A DNA stretch of 64,000 bases from an uncultured Nitrososphaerota archaeon (GCA_963799845.1 CAWCYI010000006.1:1248001-1312000), one strand, 5' to 3'; numbered from the stretch's first letter, positions 10,183 to 20,522 are shown. Numbers and translations are program-made. Notes: a model not told the origin generated them from the sequence alone.

Positions 10183-11541
10183 TTATTTCCCCGAAGTTTT
10201 CGCTTTTGCTTCTGAAACGTATTCTTTTAGATCGATTTCGTCTTGTCCTGGAACAAACTTTCGAACCTTTTCTTCCGAAGCATCCAGAGGTGCTGTTGCG
10301 TCGATCCCTACTTTAGACTGGTGTAAGTGATGGAGGTCCCTCGGGAATCCTTGAGCTTCTGCCACGATGAAGATTCCCTTGTCGGGCCTGCTTCTTGTTA
10401 CCATTGCCCACCAGACATCGTTTACGTCGTAGACATCCACATCCTCATCCACGACGACGCAATATTTTAGCCAAGAATAGGCACCAAATGCGCACATGGC
10501 GGCATTCTTCGGTTCGCCCTCGAACCTCTTCTTGATAGAAACAACGCACGACAATAACGAAGGCGTGTTGGAAACTGATCTGACGTCGTAACCCGCATAA
10601 TTCAAAGCTCGGTAGACCTTTGCCTCCCTAGATATGGCAAGGAGGTGAATGTCTTCCTTGCTTCCAGCTTGAATTGTGTGATAGATTGCGTTGTTTCGGT
10701 GGGTTATCGCCTTCAGCCGGAAGACATGATTTTTCGTTTGGGGGATGTAGAATTGAAAAACGTCGCCATACGGCCCCTCTTCCTCTCTGACGTTTGCCAA
10801 GACCTCGCCCTCAAGAACGATCTCTGCATTGGCCGGGACGTTGACATCAATCGTCTCGCACTTTACTGTCTCCACCGCTTCACCGGCCAGAGCGCCAGCG
10901 AGCTCAAAGTGATCAGTTCCATAGGGAAGGGTCGTGGAAGCTGCTATCATTTCAAAGGGATGAGACCCAATCACCACAGCAACTTCGAGATTACGTCCTA
11001 ATTTTTCTGCTTTGGACTGTATCACCCCTAGATGTTGAGGCGGCATCATTCTTATACCGAATTTCTTCGGTTCCTTGAATTGCATCCTGTTAAACGACAT
11101 GTTTGTGTATCCAGTTTCTGGGTCTTTGGCGATGGCCATCCCCGCCGTGATGAACGGTGCCACATCTCCGACCGCGTGTGTAACATGGGGGAGGACCCCT
11201 TCATCGGCATCGTCGCCAACGAATATCCTTTCCTTGACGGGGCCTGAGGATACCATTCTGGGCTTTACCAAATTTTCCGATCTTTTCACGAAATACGGAA
11301 CTGTCTCGGCCTCGGATGTTCCCAAAAGGAGTGCGAGCATCTTCCTCGAAATAACAAGGTTAGCGGTGACCTCAAAGTTCCCTCCCCTGACTTCGTGAAA
11401 CAAAACAGCCTTTCCTTCCTTTTCCGTCTGCTTTACCACGGCGGAAAGCTCGAACTTTGGATCAACTTCCTTTTCAATATGAAAGAGTAGGTCGTGCTTT
11501 TCGAGTAGATCCAGGTAGCTTCTAAGATCTCTTTTCAACAT
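10183..11541 (-). CDS. UbiD-family decarboxylase
   Basis: DLRSYL, PFITAG, NMSFNRMQ, EEGPYGD, VVVDEDVDV, KVGIDAT. Confidence 0.9.
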   Translation of the reverse strand: MLKRDLRSYLDLLEKHDLLFHIEKEVDPKFELSAVVKQTEKEGKAVLFHEVRGGNFEVTANLVISRKMLALLLGTSEAETVPYFVKRSENLVKPRMVSSGPVKERIFVGDDADEGVLPHVTHAVGDVAPFITAGMAIAKDPETGYTNMSFNRMQFKEPKKFGIRMMPPQHLGVIQSKAEKLGRNLEVAVVIGSHPFEMIAASTTLPYGTDHFELAGALAGEAVETVKCETIDVNVPANAEIVLEGEVLANVREEEGPYGDVFQFYIPQTKNHVFRLKAITHRNNAIYHTIQAGSKEDIHLLAISREAKVYRALNYAGYDVRSVSNTPSLLSCVVSIKKRFEGEPKNAAMCAFGAYSWLKYCVVVDEDVDVYDVNDVWWAMVTRSRPDKGIFIVAEAQGFPRDLHHLHQSKVGIDATAPLDASEEKVRKFVPGQDEIDLKEYVSEAKAKTSGK

Positions 11542-11728
11542 GACGACTGGCTAATTTAGAGTTTGATTCCCGTATTATCTGTTTTCGGGTGCGTCTATTC
11601 TTCTGGGATCCAAAAATCTTAGCATGTCGCACCACGTTCGAAGGAGATACGATCTAAACTCGTTACGGGTTTAAATCCCATCCATGTTAGAGAGTAGAAT
11701 GATGAAAATCGACTGAAAGTATGTGAAG

Positions 11729-11858
11729 TGTCGCTGGTGGGATTTGAACCCACGATCGAGAGGTGTCTGCTCTCACTCGAGAACCACAGCCTCCTATGCT
11801 AACCAAACTGCGCCTGGAGTGAGAAATTATCCACTTTAGCAGCCTGCACCATAGCCGA
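11729..11858 (-). tRNA. tRNA-His(GTG)-like gene with two introns (15/16 at 11808-11843; 37/38 at 11765-11783) and an imperfect acceptor stem
   Basis: Minus strand: D-stem GTGC/GCAT, anticodon stem GGAGG/CCTCT with GTG at 11787-11785, T-arm GTGGG-TTCAAAT-CCCAC. Both introns fold into BHB motifs. The acceptor (TCGGCTA vs CAGCGAC) pairs poorly. Confidence 0.75.
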
Positions 11859-12015
11859 TTCGCGGGTTCACTTTTTTCTTATGCTCCACTCCTTTATCAC
11901 GATGCAGACTGCGGGATATCCGTCGACATCAATTGCCATCGCCCTGTGGTCGTGTGTATAGTGGAAGAGCCTTGGCTTCGATACTCTTCTCCCTATGCAG
12001 CGAAGCCTCTCGCCC

Positions 12016-12378
12016 TCAATCTGATTTGGCTGGGGTACGTTGCTCAACCCTATCCTCGCTCCATAGCTTTTCTAAAATTTCATTCACAAAAACGATGTCC
12101 AACTTGAGCTCATCAGCAATGTCGCTAGTGAGAGCCCGGTCGTGAACCTTGAGGTAATCAAGAATCTCTTTTCTTGCTTGCTGTTTAGGAACTTCTCGCA
12201 GCTTTACTACTTCAAGTCCCTGCACTTCATCTGAATACGCTCTTATTGCATCTCTGATTGCTTGCGCTTTTGACGTACCAGTTCTTTCGGATAACTTTTC
12301 AAGTAATTTGTTATCTTCAGCGCCAAGTGAAATGGGGTATACCACTCTCGTTTTCCGAGTTGTCGCCTTTTGCATCAT
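12016..12378 (-). CDS. Ribbon-helix-helix (CopG-like) + winged-HTH DNA-binding protein
   Basis: ISLGAEDNKLLEKLSERTGTSKAQAIRDAI (RHH), then EILDYLK...TSDIADELKLD...EILEKL (wHTH). Confidence 0.75.
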   Translation of the reverse strand: MMQKATTRKTRVVYPISLGAEDNKLLEKLSERTGTSKAQAIRDAIRAYSDEVQGLEVVKLREVPKQQARKEILDYLKVHDRALTSDIADELKLDIVFVNEILEKLWSEDRVEQRTPAKSD

Positions 12379-12641
12379 ATACGCTGGTATAGGATTGTAT
12401 AAATAACATTTTATCACACCGTCTTTGGCCTCTTCTAATTCGGATTCTTCGTGCGAAGTATACTCGTTTTCCGAGTGGAGGAATGTTTCTATCTAGAGTC
12501 TAATTCTCTAAACAAATATCGACTGACACTCAGGAAAAGAGGGCCACCGGTGGATTTGAAACCGATTAGGGGGTTATCGCAGTCGGTTGGTAGTGGATTA
12601 ATTGCCGAATCCCAGTCAAGCGATAGATACGCAATCACATT

Positions 12642-13004
12642 TCAATGAGTGCCCTCTCTTGAATTTGGAATTAATTTGTCTCTCTTTAAAAAAACCCACA
12701 CGATTACAGCCCCGGCAATGATCATGAGGAAGAAGAAGACGAACAGATAGGTCGGTATGTCAGATGGACTGGAAGAAAAGATCGATGAAACAGTTATAAC
12801 TGCCGATTGATCGATTAAAGAGAACTTCACAGTGTCACAACACTGCGTAATATATAACAACGGAATCCCATTTGAACTGTATGTAGTTCTCCAGACTGTG
12901 CAGCCTGTGTCGTAATCAGTAGGACAACTAGAATTCGAAGACAGTTCATTGGAGATCAGCAGAATTGCAATGATTATGAAAAGTGATGATGTATGATCTA
13001 ACAT
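12642..13004 (-). CDS. Hypothetical small membrane protein
   Basis: Hydrophobic N-terminus, Cys-containing middle, C-terminal TM helix followed by KRDK. Confidence 0.35.
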   Translation of the reverse strand: MLDHTSSLFIIIAILLISNELSSNSSCPTDYDTGCTVWRTTYSSNGIPLLYITQCCDTVKFSLIDQSAVITVSSIFSSSPSDIPTYLFVFFFLMIIAGAVIVWVFLKRDKLIPNSREGTH

Positions 13005-13199
13005 AACCTGATTCTTTTCGATAGGATTGCGCCCTAATTCTTTGGCAAACGTGTCTCCTGAGGCCGGCAGGAAATGTTCTTGTAACAGTGGAATAGAAGC
13101 ACTTCGAAATGAATCACATCTCTTAACAAAAATCCTGTGATCCCGATTTCTTATGAATCAACATAATTCTCAAATCAACTGCCTTACAGCCTTTTTCAA

Positions 13200-13860
13200 A
13201 AACAAGAAGAGGGTTAATGTCTATTGCCTCTATTTCCTTAACGATTGTAAGAATTCTACCGATGCTTTTGATCACTTCACCACCGCGCCAACATCAAGAG
13301 GTTTCGATCCTCGGAATCCTTTGAGCAATGGTGCCGCCCTGATCTCTTGCATCATTTTGAGCGCGTCTGATTTGGATATCGGTGCGATCCTAAAGGAAAC
13401 ATCTTTGTAGAGTTCTACATTGATGCCTCCTGCTCCAAATATTACCGCGGCCCAAACTGAAGATCCCTTATGCCACCCACGACGAACCCATACTTACTCC
13501 GAACCATTTCTTGTACGTAGACTCCCGGATGTCGGGATTTCTGACTGCGTCTTTTGCTTTACTAATTATTTCTGCATATGCATTCTTGGTTTCAGAGTCA
13601 GAATTGATATTGACTTTCACGCAGCCGATATCACTCTTATGAAGAATCTCCGAAGAGACTATCTTCAACACTACAGGATAACCAATTTTCTTGGTAGGAG
13701 CTACTGCTTGGACGGCAATCTGCACCATGCCACCTCTTGCAAGGGGAATACCAAAATGATATCACTTCTTCTGCCACATCTTCCACTAAGGTGAAACGGC
13801 CCCGATTCACCGCATCCTTTACAAGCGCTAATGCCTTTGCCAGATTTGTTTGTTTCACAG
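13200..13860 (-). pseudogene. Acetate--CoA ligase (ADP-forming) beta-subunit-like pseudogene
   Basis: Fragments in several frames: KIGYPVVLKIVSSEILHKSDIGCVKVNI; QFGP..VIFGAGGINVELYKDVSFRIAPISKSDALKMMQEIRAAPLLKGFRGSKPLDV. Multiple shifts and stops. Confidence 0.8.
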
Positions 13861-14049
13861 GAGCTGCTCCAATTGACTGAGATTCCCATCGCATAATCTA
13901 TTTATTTTATTCATCTGGGCCTATGCCATGCCTATAGGGCTAAAACTGATCTACCTGACACTTGGCGAGATCAAAGCCGTCTGCTCAAAAAAACAAGGAG
14001 CGATTGAAGATAATTTGATTGTATCTCCGGATTCTTAAATCATCAGGAA

Positions 14050-14215
14050 ATTCGGCGTTCTCAAAAATTCCCCGGCCCATATATAACAGAGATTGGCTAA
14101 TCGTGAGTGGTCCCATGAATCTGAAAACGTTTTCATAATGGCCCAGGCATGCATCAAAAGTCCTTTCCGACATGATTCAAGAGGCGCTTGCTTTGCAAAA
14201 TAAGCCCGGAACCTC
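14050..14215 (-). pseudogene. Decayed C-terminal fragment of a class-III aminotransferase paralogous to 34885..36279
   Basis: GHYENVFRFMGPLTISQSLL vs GHYGNVFRFMGPLTISQSLI. Nucleotide similarity to about 34940-35055 is visible. Confidence 0.75.
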
Positions 14216-14438
14216 GGATTTCTCCGATGCTGCGAGATCTGTTAGCATCGTCTCGCAGTCTTTTCGTCACCTCTCTTTCCTCATTCAGATTTGAAATATC
14301 TGTGGGCTAGTGTTCAAGACAAAGTATAGACCTAGGGTTAATGGCATAGTTGCAAAAGAGCTAGAATTAATTGCCAAGTCTCAAAACTAAAACATTCATA
14401 AAGTGGAATCAGAAATCTGAATAGATCACAAGCTTCGA

Positions 14439-15713
14439 ATGTATGCGACACCTGATCAAATGTATCTCAAGCTTATTCCTTATTCGGAAGTTTTAGATAA
14501 AATAACGAAGGAACTCGCCCATTATAAAATGGGTACTGAAAAAGTGTCAACAAGCGAAGCGTTGGACAGGATATGCGCGATATCAATAACATCTGAGAAG
14601 GACATTCCCAGTTGCGATGTCAGTGCCATGGACGGTTATGCGATACACTCTTCTGAGACTATCAATGCTTCATTATCTAGTCCATCTGAGTTCGCTTGCA
14701 AAGCGAATTCGGATGTTGTCTTAAGAAGAAAGCTCAATTCTGACGAGGCATGCTACGTATCAACTGGATCGAGGATACCCAAGGGAACAGATGCGGTCGC
14801 ACGGATTGAGGAAGTACGTGTTCTCGGTCATTTAATCATGATCGCTAGGCAAGTCGAGAGAGGACGAAATATCAATCCAAAAGGCATTGATATAAGAAAA
14901 GGTCAATCGATCGCAGAAAAAGGCGCAAATCTAAATCCGGCGGAAGTCTCGCTCCTGATATCGGCAGGCGTTAGATCGTTATTTGTTTTGAAACGTCCTC
15001 GTATCGGAATTCTGTCAATTGGAAACGAATTAAGGGATATCGACCAAAAGTCCGTTCAAAATAAGGCAACTATCAACAATTACGCAGATCTCGTTGAAGC
15101 TCTGATTGATCATGTTGGAGCGAGTTCAGAGCGCCTTGGAATAAGCAAGGACTATCCTCAAGAAATAATCAAAGTAATCAAAAAGAAAATACCACATCTT
15201 GACATGATTGTTACTATCGGGGGGAGTTCCATCGGGCATCACGACCTCACGATCCAGGCCTTCACAACGTCAAAGAGTTCTAGGGTGCTGTTTCACGGTG
15301 TTAGAATAGTTCCCATAAAGCCGGCAGGATTGGCTTTAGTCGAAAAAAAACCAGTTGCAATACTTCCAGGCAACGCAATTTCAGTTGCTTTATCTTTCTT
15401 TCTGATTGTGGTTCCAGTCCTGAATACAATTTCAGGACTGCCATTAGAATCAGGACAAGCTAGAGTTGTTGCTACAGCTAAAGAGGATATCTCAAATCAT
15501 AGATCTATTGATTCGATATATTTAGTGCAGTTGTTTCTTAAGGAGTACGGTTTTCAGGCTACGGCTCTTCCTTGGGGATCCAACCTTATGTCTAGTTTGA
15601 AGATGGCAAATGGTTTCATGCTTCTAGAGAAAAATCAGATTGTTAAGAAAGGGGACAAACTCACAGTAACCCTCCTCAGCAATAATGAGATCTTGAGAAT
15701 TCCCAAAGAATGA
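14439..15713 (+). CDS. moeA: Molybdopterin molybdotransferase
   Basis: SAMDGYA, VSTGSRIPKGTDAV..IEE, LSIGNEL, TIGGSSIGHHD, LPGN. Confidence 0.93.
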   Translation: MYATPDQMYLKLIPYSEVLDKITKELAHYKMGTEKVSTSEALDRICAISITSEKDIPSCDVSAMDGYAIHSSETINASLSSPSEFACKANSDVVLRRKLNSDEACYVSTGSRIPKGTDAVARIEEVRVLGHLIMIARQVERGRNINPKGIDIRKGQSIAEKGANLNPAEVSLLISAGVRSLFVLKRPRIGILSIGNELRDIDQKSVQNKATINNYADLVEALIDHVGASSERLGISKDYPQEIIKVIKKKIPHLDMIVTIGGSSIGHHDLTIQAFTTSKSSRVLFHGVRIVPIKPAGLALVEKKPVAILPGNAISVALSFFLIVVPVLNTISGLPLESGQARVVATAKEDISNHRSIDSIYLVQLFLKEYGFQATALPWGSNLMSSLKMANGFMLLEKNQIVKKGDKLTVTLLSNNEILRIPKE

Positions 15714-15723
15714 CTCGCCGGAT

Positions 15724-16257
15724 TTGAAGATAATACAATTCTTAGGATATAGCGGTAGCGGAAAGACAAGTGCAATTTCCGCACTGACGACTGAACTTGT
15801 GAAAAGAGGTAACAAGGTAGGGACGCTTAAACACATTCACCACGATGAGCTCTCCATTGATCGAAAAGGAAAGGATAGTTGGATTCACAGAAAGTCCGGT
15901 GCCTCGGCCGTCATCATGATCACACCAAAGGAATTCGTTCTCATAAAGGAGAGAGCCAGTGAAGGAATCAAAATGAATGTAGACATTGAAGACGCATTCC
16001 AGTTTTTCAGAAACGAGGGCTTTGATTACGTATTCATTGAAGGATTCTACAAGTTCCTTAAGAATAAGCACCAAATCAAACAAATCCTTTGCGTAAGGAA
16101 CGACAGCGAAATACGCGAACTTTTAGAGCTGCACAAGAAACCTATTTGCATACTAGGGATTGTTTCAGATACCTATCAAGGCAAAGGCTCTTCTCAAAAT
16201 ATCCCACATCTAAACTTACGCAGAGACAAAGCTAAATTAATCGAAATAATTTCCTAG
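15724..16257 (+). CDS. mobB: Molybdopterin-guanine dinucleotide biosynthesis protein B
   Basis: GYSGSGKT, LKHIHH, DRKGKDSW, FIEGF. Confidence 0.92.
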   Translation: MKIIQFLGYSGSGKTSAISALTTELVKRGNKVGTLKHIHHDELSIDRKGKDSWIHRKSGASAVIMITPKEFVLIKERASEGIKMNVDIEDAFQFFRNEGFDYVFIEGFYKFLKNKHQIKQILCVRNDSEIRELLELHKKPICILGIVSDTYQGKGSSQNIPHLNLRRDKAKLIEIIS

Positions 16258-16922
16258 CTCATGAGGAAGGACAGGTTGATGCTACTCATACCTTGTTCAG
16301 CTGTTCGAGAATCGCTTTTGGAATTGACATTGATCAACGAAGTCAATAAAGGATCGATCTTTCGAAGCTCCATTATGTCGACATAATTGACATCAGATAG
16401 AAGAGAAATCAGTTTCTTGCAACCGATCAGTCCTTTCTTAATTGCTTCAGTGCTAGCGGCACGTATTTCTTGGACGTTGTAAACGCCAGATAGAGGTTCA
16501 GAAGATCTGTTTTTGTCCGCACTGTCCCAAGTGACCACTGCAGCCGAATGATTCCGAGCCTTTTCAGCAAGTAACTCAATAACGTTGCACTTCATCAGCG
16601 GAGTGTCACAAGCCAAGAATGAAACATAAGGGTTGGACAAATGGGGGATGGCAGAAATCATCCCTCCCATCGGATTCTCGATGTAATATTCGTCCTCGAC
16701 TACCTTGACAAGCTTATCAACTACTGATTGAAACTGTTTCTTCTCTTTTCTTCCCACCATCACCATGACGTCCGCAGAAATCTTGAGCATTTCATTAGAT
16801 ATTATTTCGATAAAGGGCTGTCCATTATATTTGAGAAACGCTTTGTCAGAACCCATTCTGTTGCTTTTACCGCCCGCAAGAATGACGACCGACAAATCTT
16901 GTAAAAGCAGAACACTCTTCAT
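16254..16922 (-). CDS. mobA: Molybdenum cofactor guanylyltransferase
   Basis: ILAGGKSNRMGSDKA, ACDTP, EPLSGVY, INVN. Confidence 0.9.
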   Translation of the reverse strand: MKSVLLLQDLSVVILAGGKSNRMGSDKAFLKYNGQPFIEIISNEMLKISADVMVMVGRKEKKQFQSVVDKLVKVVEDEYYIENPMGGMISAIPHLSNPYVSFLACDTPLMKCNVIELLAEKARNHSAAVVTWDSADKNRSSEPLSGVYNVQEIRAASTEAIKKGLIGCKKLISLLSDVNYVDIMELRKIDPLLTSLINVNSKSDSRTAEQGMSSINLSFLMS

Positions 16923-17323
16923 CTCCCGAGAGATTGATGCTAGCGTCGAGGAATTAGTCGAGTAACCATTTAATGCTCTAATTAAAGTAGTTTTCCCGAC
17001 TCCAATATATTTGGAATCCTATCAAGTTACTAAAAAATGTAGGAGATCACTGCACTTTTTTGCATTATCCGAATGAGCGTGACAAGGTTCTTCCAGAAAC
17101 GAAGAGATCCTTTCTTGCTATTCAGCCGCCTTATGATTGTTGAGTCTCTTCAGTCTCAAGCAATTTAATGATTAGCAGAATTAAATTGAGTGCCTAGTCC
17201 GATTCTTGGGCGATCAGAAATTCTCTTCGTTAATGTAACCAATGAATCATTGGGTCGCGTCTATTACTGGATCAAGAGTTTCATAGGACCGACCAGATTC
17301 TGCCGATCATGATTGTGATTTTA

Positions 17324-18499
17324 CAGTAGATGCGAATCAAGTATGCTTTTCTCGTATGTTAAATGACCCACTCATAATCAGACCGATGAGAGAGAGTTTC
17401 ATTTGTATTACTTCCACCGATTCGTTCGGATGGAGCAGCTCTTGGTTGGCATTGTACATGACCCACGAATTGTAGACAAGACATGCAAAGAGATAGTAGA
17501 ACAATCTTACCACGTAGTTCCTTGATGTTGTTTTTATCAGGAATTGATTTGACATTCGGTAGCTTGTCTCTATGCCCCAGCGGTTCTTGAATAGCCTTAG
17601 GATTGTTTCAGCTTTGTAGGGAAGATTTGTTGCAAACAGGTACTTGTAATCCTTTGTCTTGTCATATGCCACTACAACTTCAAACGAGGCTTGTTCAGAT
17701 TCCCTCCTCCTGTGTCCGCTAGTAGTGTACGTGAACCTCCTACCCTGCCAGAGCCTCATTTTCTTTGTCTTGTAGGTTGGAGCCATTCGCACGATGTACT
17801 TGAGTCCAGATTCCTCAAGAAATCTGAGTAGGTTTGTGTGAAAGAATCCGCCGTCAAAAACCAGATAGCGAATTCTTATTTTCAGCTCTTCTTGCAGTTT
17901 TCGCACAATTTGTGTGGTAGACGAGACAAGTTCCGAGCCTGATGCTAATCCTGTAACAGCTACGATCAGTCTTTCTCCATCTGCTAGAACAGAAGCTGTA
18001 AGGTACTTGAATGAATAATTGCTTCCGTCCCTGTGCATGGTTCCAATGACCATCGGTGTTTCTTCATGATTACCGTAGTACATGACATCATGCAGATCCA
18101 AAGCGACAGGGACTGGTACGCGTAATTTTCTTCTTTTTCTAAGATCCTTCACATTCCCGTCTATCAAATTATCGAAGATTTGTTTGACTCTCGCTTCTCT
18201 TTGTGATTTAATGTACGAAAGAAGAGTTTCTGCAGTCGGTGATTCGCCTAGAGATTTCGAAACACCTTCAGCAAATCCATTTACCAAGCTCGCCGAGATG
18301 AGCAGGTTTAGGTGTTCATTCTTGGAATAAATCGCTCTCTCCTTCAGCTCATATGTCAGCAGTCCTGAGATGTTTTTCTTTACGAATTCATACAGCTTTC
18401 TCGAATTGAACCTCAATTGGAACGTCGGAAACAAGCCCTAAGGCGGGCTGGCCATAATAATTGCGGCCGGAAATCGCCTAGATTCGTTCGCATCTACTG
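17324..18499 (-). mobile_element. ISH3-family (IS4 superfamily) insertion sequence, complete
   Basis: 13-bp TIR CAGTAGATGCGAA (17324-17336) / TTCGCATCTACTG (18487-18499); 4-bp TSD TTTA (17320-17323, 18500-18503). Confidence 0.88.
17337..18434 (-). CDS. ISH3-family DDE transposase
   Basis: VALDLHDVMYYG, YLVFDGGFF, RWGIETSYR. Confidence 0.85.
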   Translation of the reverse strand: MFPTFQLRFNSRKLYEFVKKNISGLLTYELKERAIYSKNEHLNLLISASLVNGFAEGVSKSLGESPTAETLLSYIKSQREARVKQIFDNLIDGNVKDLRKRRKLRVPVPVALDLHDVMYYGNHEETPMVIGTMHRDGSNYSFKYLTASVLADGERLIVAVTGLASGSELVSSTTQIVRKLQEELKIRIRYLVFDGGFFHTNLLRFLEESGLKYIVRMAPTYKTKKMRLWQGRRFTYTTSGHRRRESEQASFEVVVAYDKTKDYKYLFATNLPYKAETILRLFKNRWGIETSYRMSNQFLIKTTSRNYVVRLFYYLFACLVYNSWVMYNANQELLHPNESVEVIQMKLSLIGLIMSGSFNIREKHT

Positions 18500-18818
18500 T
18501 TTAGTTGTGGGATTGATTAGTAACAAGTATGTGGGGGATCGGCGAAGCCGCGCTTGCGTCATCATTTAGAAACTTAATGTTCAAGAGGGCCAAAATTGAA
18601 TCATCGACTGCCGATGGCTTCTAGAATACTATTTCAGGAAGCTTTGTCGAGCGGGGAGACCAAACACGTACCTTCCAAAGCTGGCTTGAATTAGCTTTCT
18701 CAGCCGCTTTTTGAGCCTTAAGAAATTCTTTGGGAGCATTACCAGACTAGGCGGCCAAGGTTAGGCACTGACTTTTATTGTGCGTTCTTCCAATAATAAG
18801 TGAGATCGGAACTACAAC

Positions 18819-20300
18819 ATGCAATTGGAAGAGGAGAAAACGGACATCACTGAGTATTTGAATTACATCGATGGAGAGTGGTCAAAGTCCTCGTCGGAAG
18901 AAAAGTTTGTGACTATTGACCCAGCAACTGGTGAGAGAGTTTCTACATGCCAGTCAAGTTCTCCTGAAGACGTGAAGATGGCAATCGAGGCCGCAAGAAG
19001 ATCGTTTGAGAACTCAAAATGGGCAGAGGACATCCAATTTAGAACGTCGGCACTGGTTAAGCTAGCGAGATTTCTTGCTTCTCAAGACATGGAACACTCT
19101 GCTTATGTAATGACTAGGGAATGCGGAGCTCCCTATAAATATAATTTGCCTCAGTACGCCAGTTTTCCAATAGTTGTTGAGAATGCTTCGTTTAGGGCAA
19201 AATCGTTAATGGGTGTATCTATCAACACCGGCCATGGCATTCTAGATTTGGCTTTGAGAGATCCCATTGGTGTCGTGGGCATAATTGTACCGTGGAATGG
19301 TCCAATTATTTTGCTTGCTCGAACGATTGCTCCTGCACTCGCAGCGGGTTGTAGCGTTGTAGTAAAACCAGCGAGCGCTACAGCCGGCTCGACTATGGAA
19401 TTAATGAAAATGATTGCGAAGTTTGATGAGATCCCCAAAGGTGTAATCAATTGTGTGACTGGTGCAGGTACCTCCGTCGGGTCAGAACTTGCTAGAAATG
19501 ACAAGGTGGACATGGTCAGTTTTACTGGTGATGTCAACACGGGCAAAGAAATTGCACGTTTGGCAACATGTAATCTCAAAAAAGTAACGCTGGAGCTTGG
19601 TGGAAAATCTCCGAACATTATTTTTTCGGATTCAAACTTGGAGGCTGCTGCGAAAGAGGCGGTCTCGGGTGCCGGGCTGTACCATGCGGGCCAGATCTGC
19701 TTTGCTGGCACAAGAATCTTGGTTGAAGAATCTTGTCATGAGCGGTTCATCAAGGCGTTTCAGTCAGTTGTGAGCGGGATGAAGGTCGGACACGGCCTTG
19801 ATCCATCATCTGAAATTGGTCCAGTAATTAGTGGCGGACAGCTGAAGAAAGTGATGGACTACATCGAAATCGGAAAAGAGGACTCGAAACTCGTAATGGG
19901 AGGTTACAAACTCAATGGTCCCGAATATGACAAAGGGAACTTTGTGGCTCCGACGCTCTTTGATGAGGTAGATCCTAATTCAAAGCTTGCACAGGACGAG
20001 ATTTTCGGTCCAGTCGTTAGTGCAATCAAATTCACAGATCTAGACGATGCTATATCTGTAGCAAACAATTCGCGTTATGGTCTTTCCGCAGTAGTATGGA
20101 CGAATGATCTTAGTAAGGCAGTACAAGTTACCCAGCGTCTGAAATCAGGAATGGTTTGGGTGAATTCATCTGGCAAGGGTTCTGGCTACTTCAACATGTT
20201 TGGGATCGCGGGCGCACCTTACAAGGAAAGCGGATCGGGCTCGATGGGCAGTGTAGATGAGTACACTCTCCAGAAGAGAGTACACATTCAGACCCTTTGA
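18819..20300 (+). CDS. NAD(P)-dependent aldehyde dehydrogenase
   Basis: IVPWNGP, SFTG, LELGGKSP, GQICFAGTR, DEIFGPV. Confidence 0.93.
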   Translation: MQLEEEKTDITEYLNYIDGEWSKSSSEEKFVTIDPATGERVSTCQSSSPEDVKMAIEAARRSFENSKWAEDIQFRTSALVKLARFLASQDMEHSAYVMTRECGAPYKYNLPQYASFPIVVENASFRAKSLMGVSINTGHGILDLALRDPIGVVGIIVPWNGPIILLARTIAPALAAGCSVVVKPASATAGSTMELMKMIAKFDEIPKGVINCVTGAGTSVGSELARNDKVDMVSFTGDVNTGKEIARLATCNLKKVTLELGGKSPNIIFSDSNLEAAAKEAVSGAGLYHAGQICFAGTRILVEESCHERFIKAFQSVVSGMKVGHGLDPSSEIGPVISGGQLKKVMDYIEIGKEDSKLVMGGYKLNGPEYDKGNFVAPTLFDEVDPNSKLAQDEIFGPVVSAIKFTDLDDAISVANNSRYGLSAVVWTNDLSKAVQVTQRLKSGMVWVNSSGKGSGYFNMFGIAGAPYKESGSGSMGSVDEYTLQKRVHIQTL

Positions 20301-20522
20301 GTTAATTTCAGTGTTAGAATAATTCCACGAAGCGAAGAATCTTCTTCCTCCCTTGGGTGCCAAACAGAATTTAGATTCTTGATTTGGTGAGTGGCTTAAA
20401 TTTGGTTTTCGACTATGCCATATTTCTATCGTGACGATCACAATCTAGGGAGATCGTCAAAGGAATAAATTACTGTCACCGAGCCGAACGAGTCACATGC
20501 GTCCAAGATATTAAACGTCTAC

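Noticed and set aside
11660-11690. T-arm-like GGGTTTAAATCCC on the plus strand
   Set aside because: Too short and degenerate, with no other tRNA arms.
11859-11930. Third tRNA intron in the acceptor stem (3/4), supplying GTC from upstream
   Set aside because: It would improve acceptor pairing, but no BHB helix could be formed at the required junctions.
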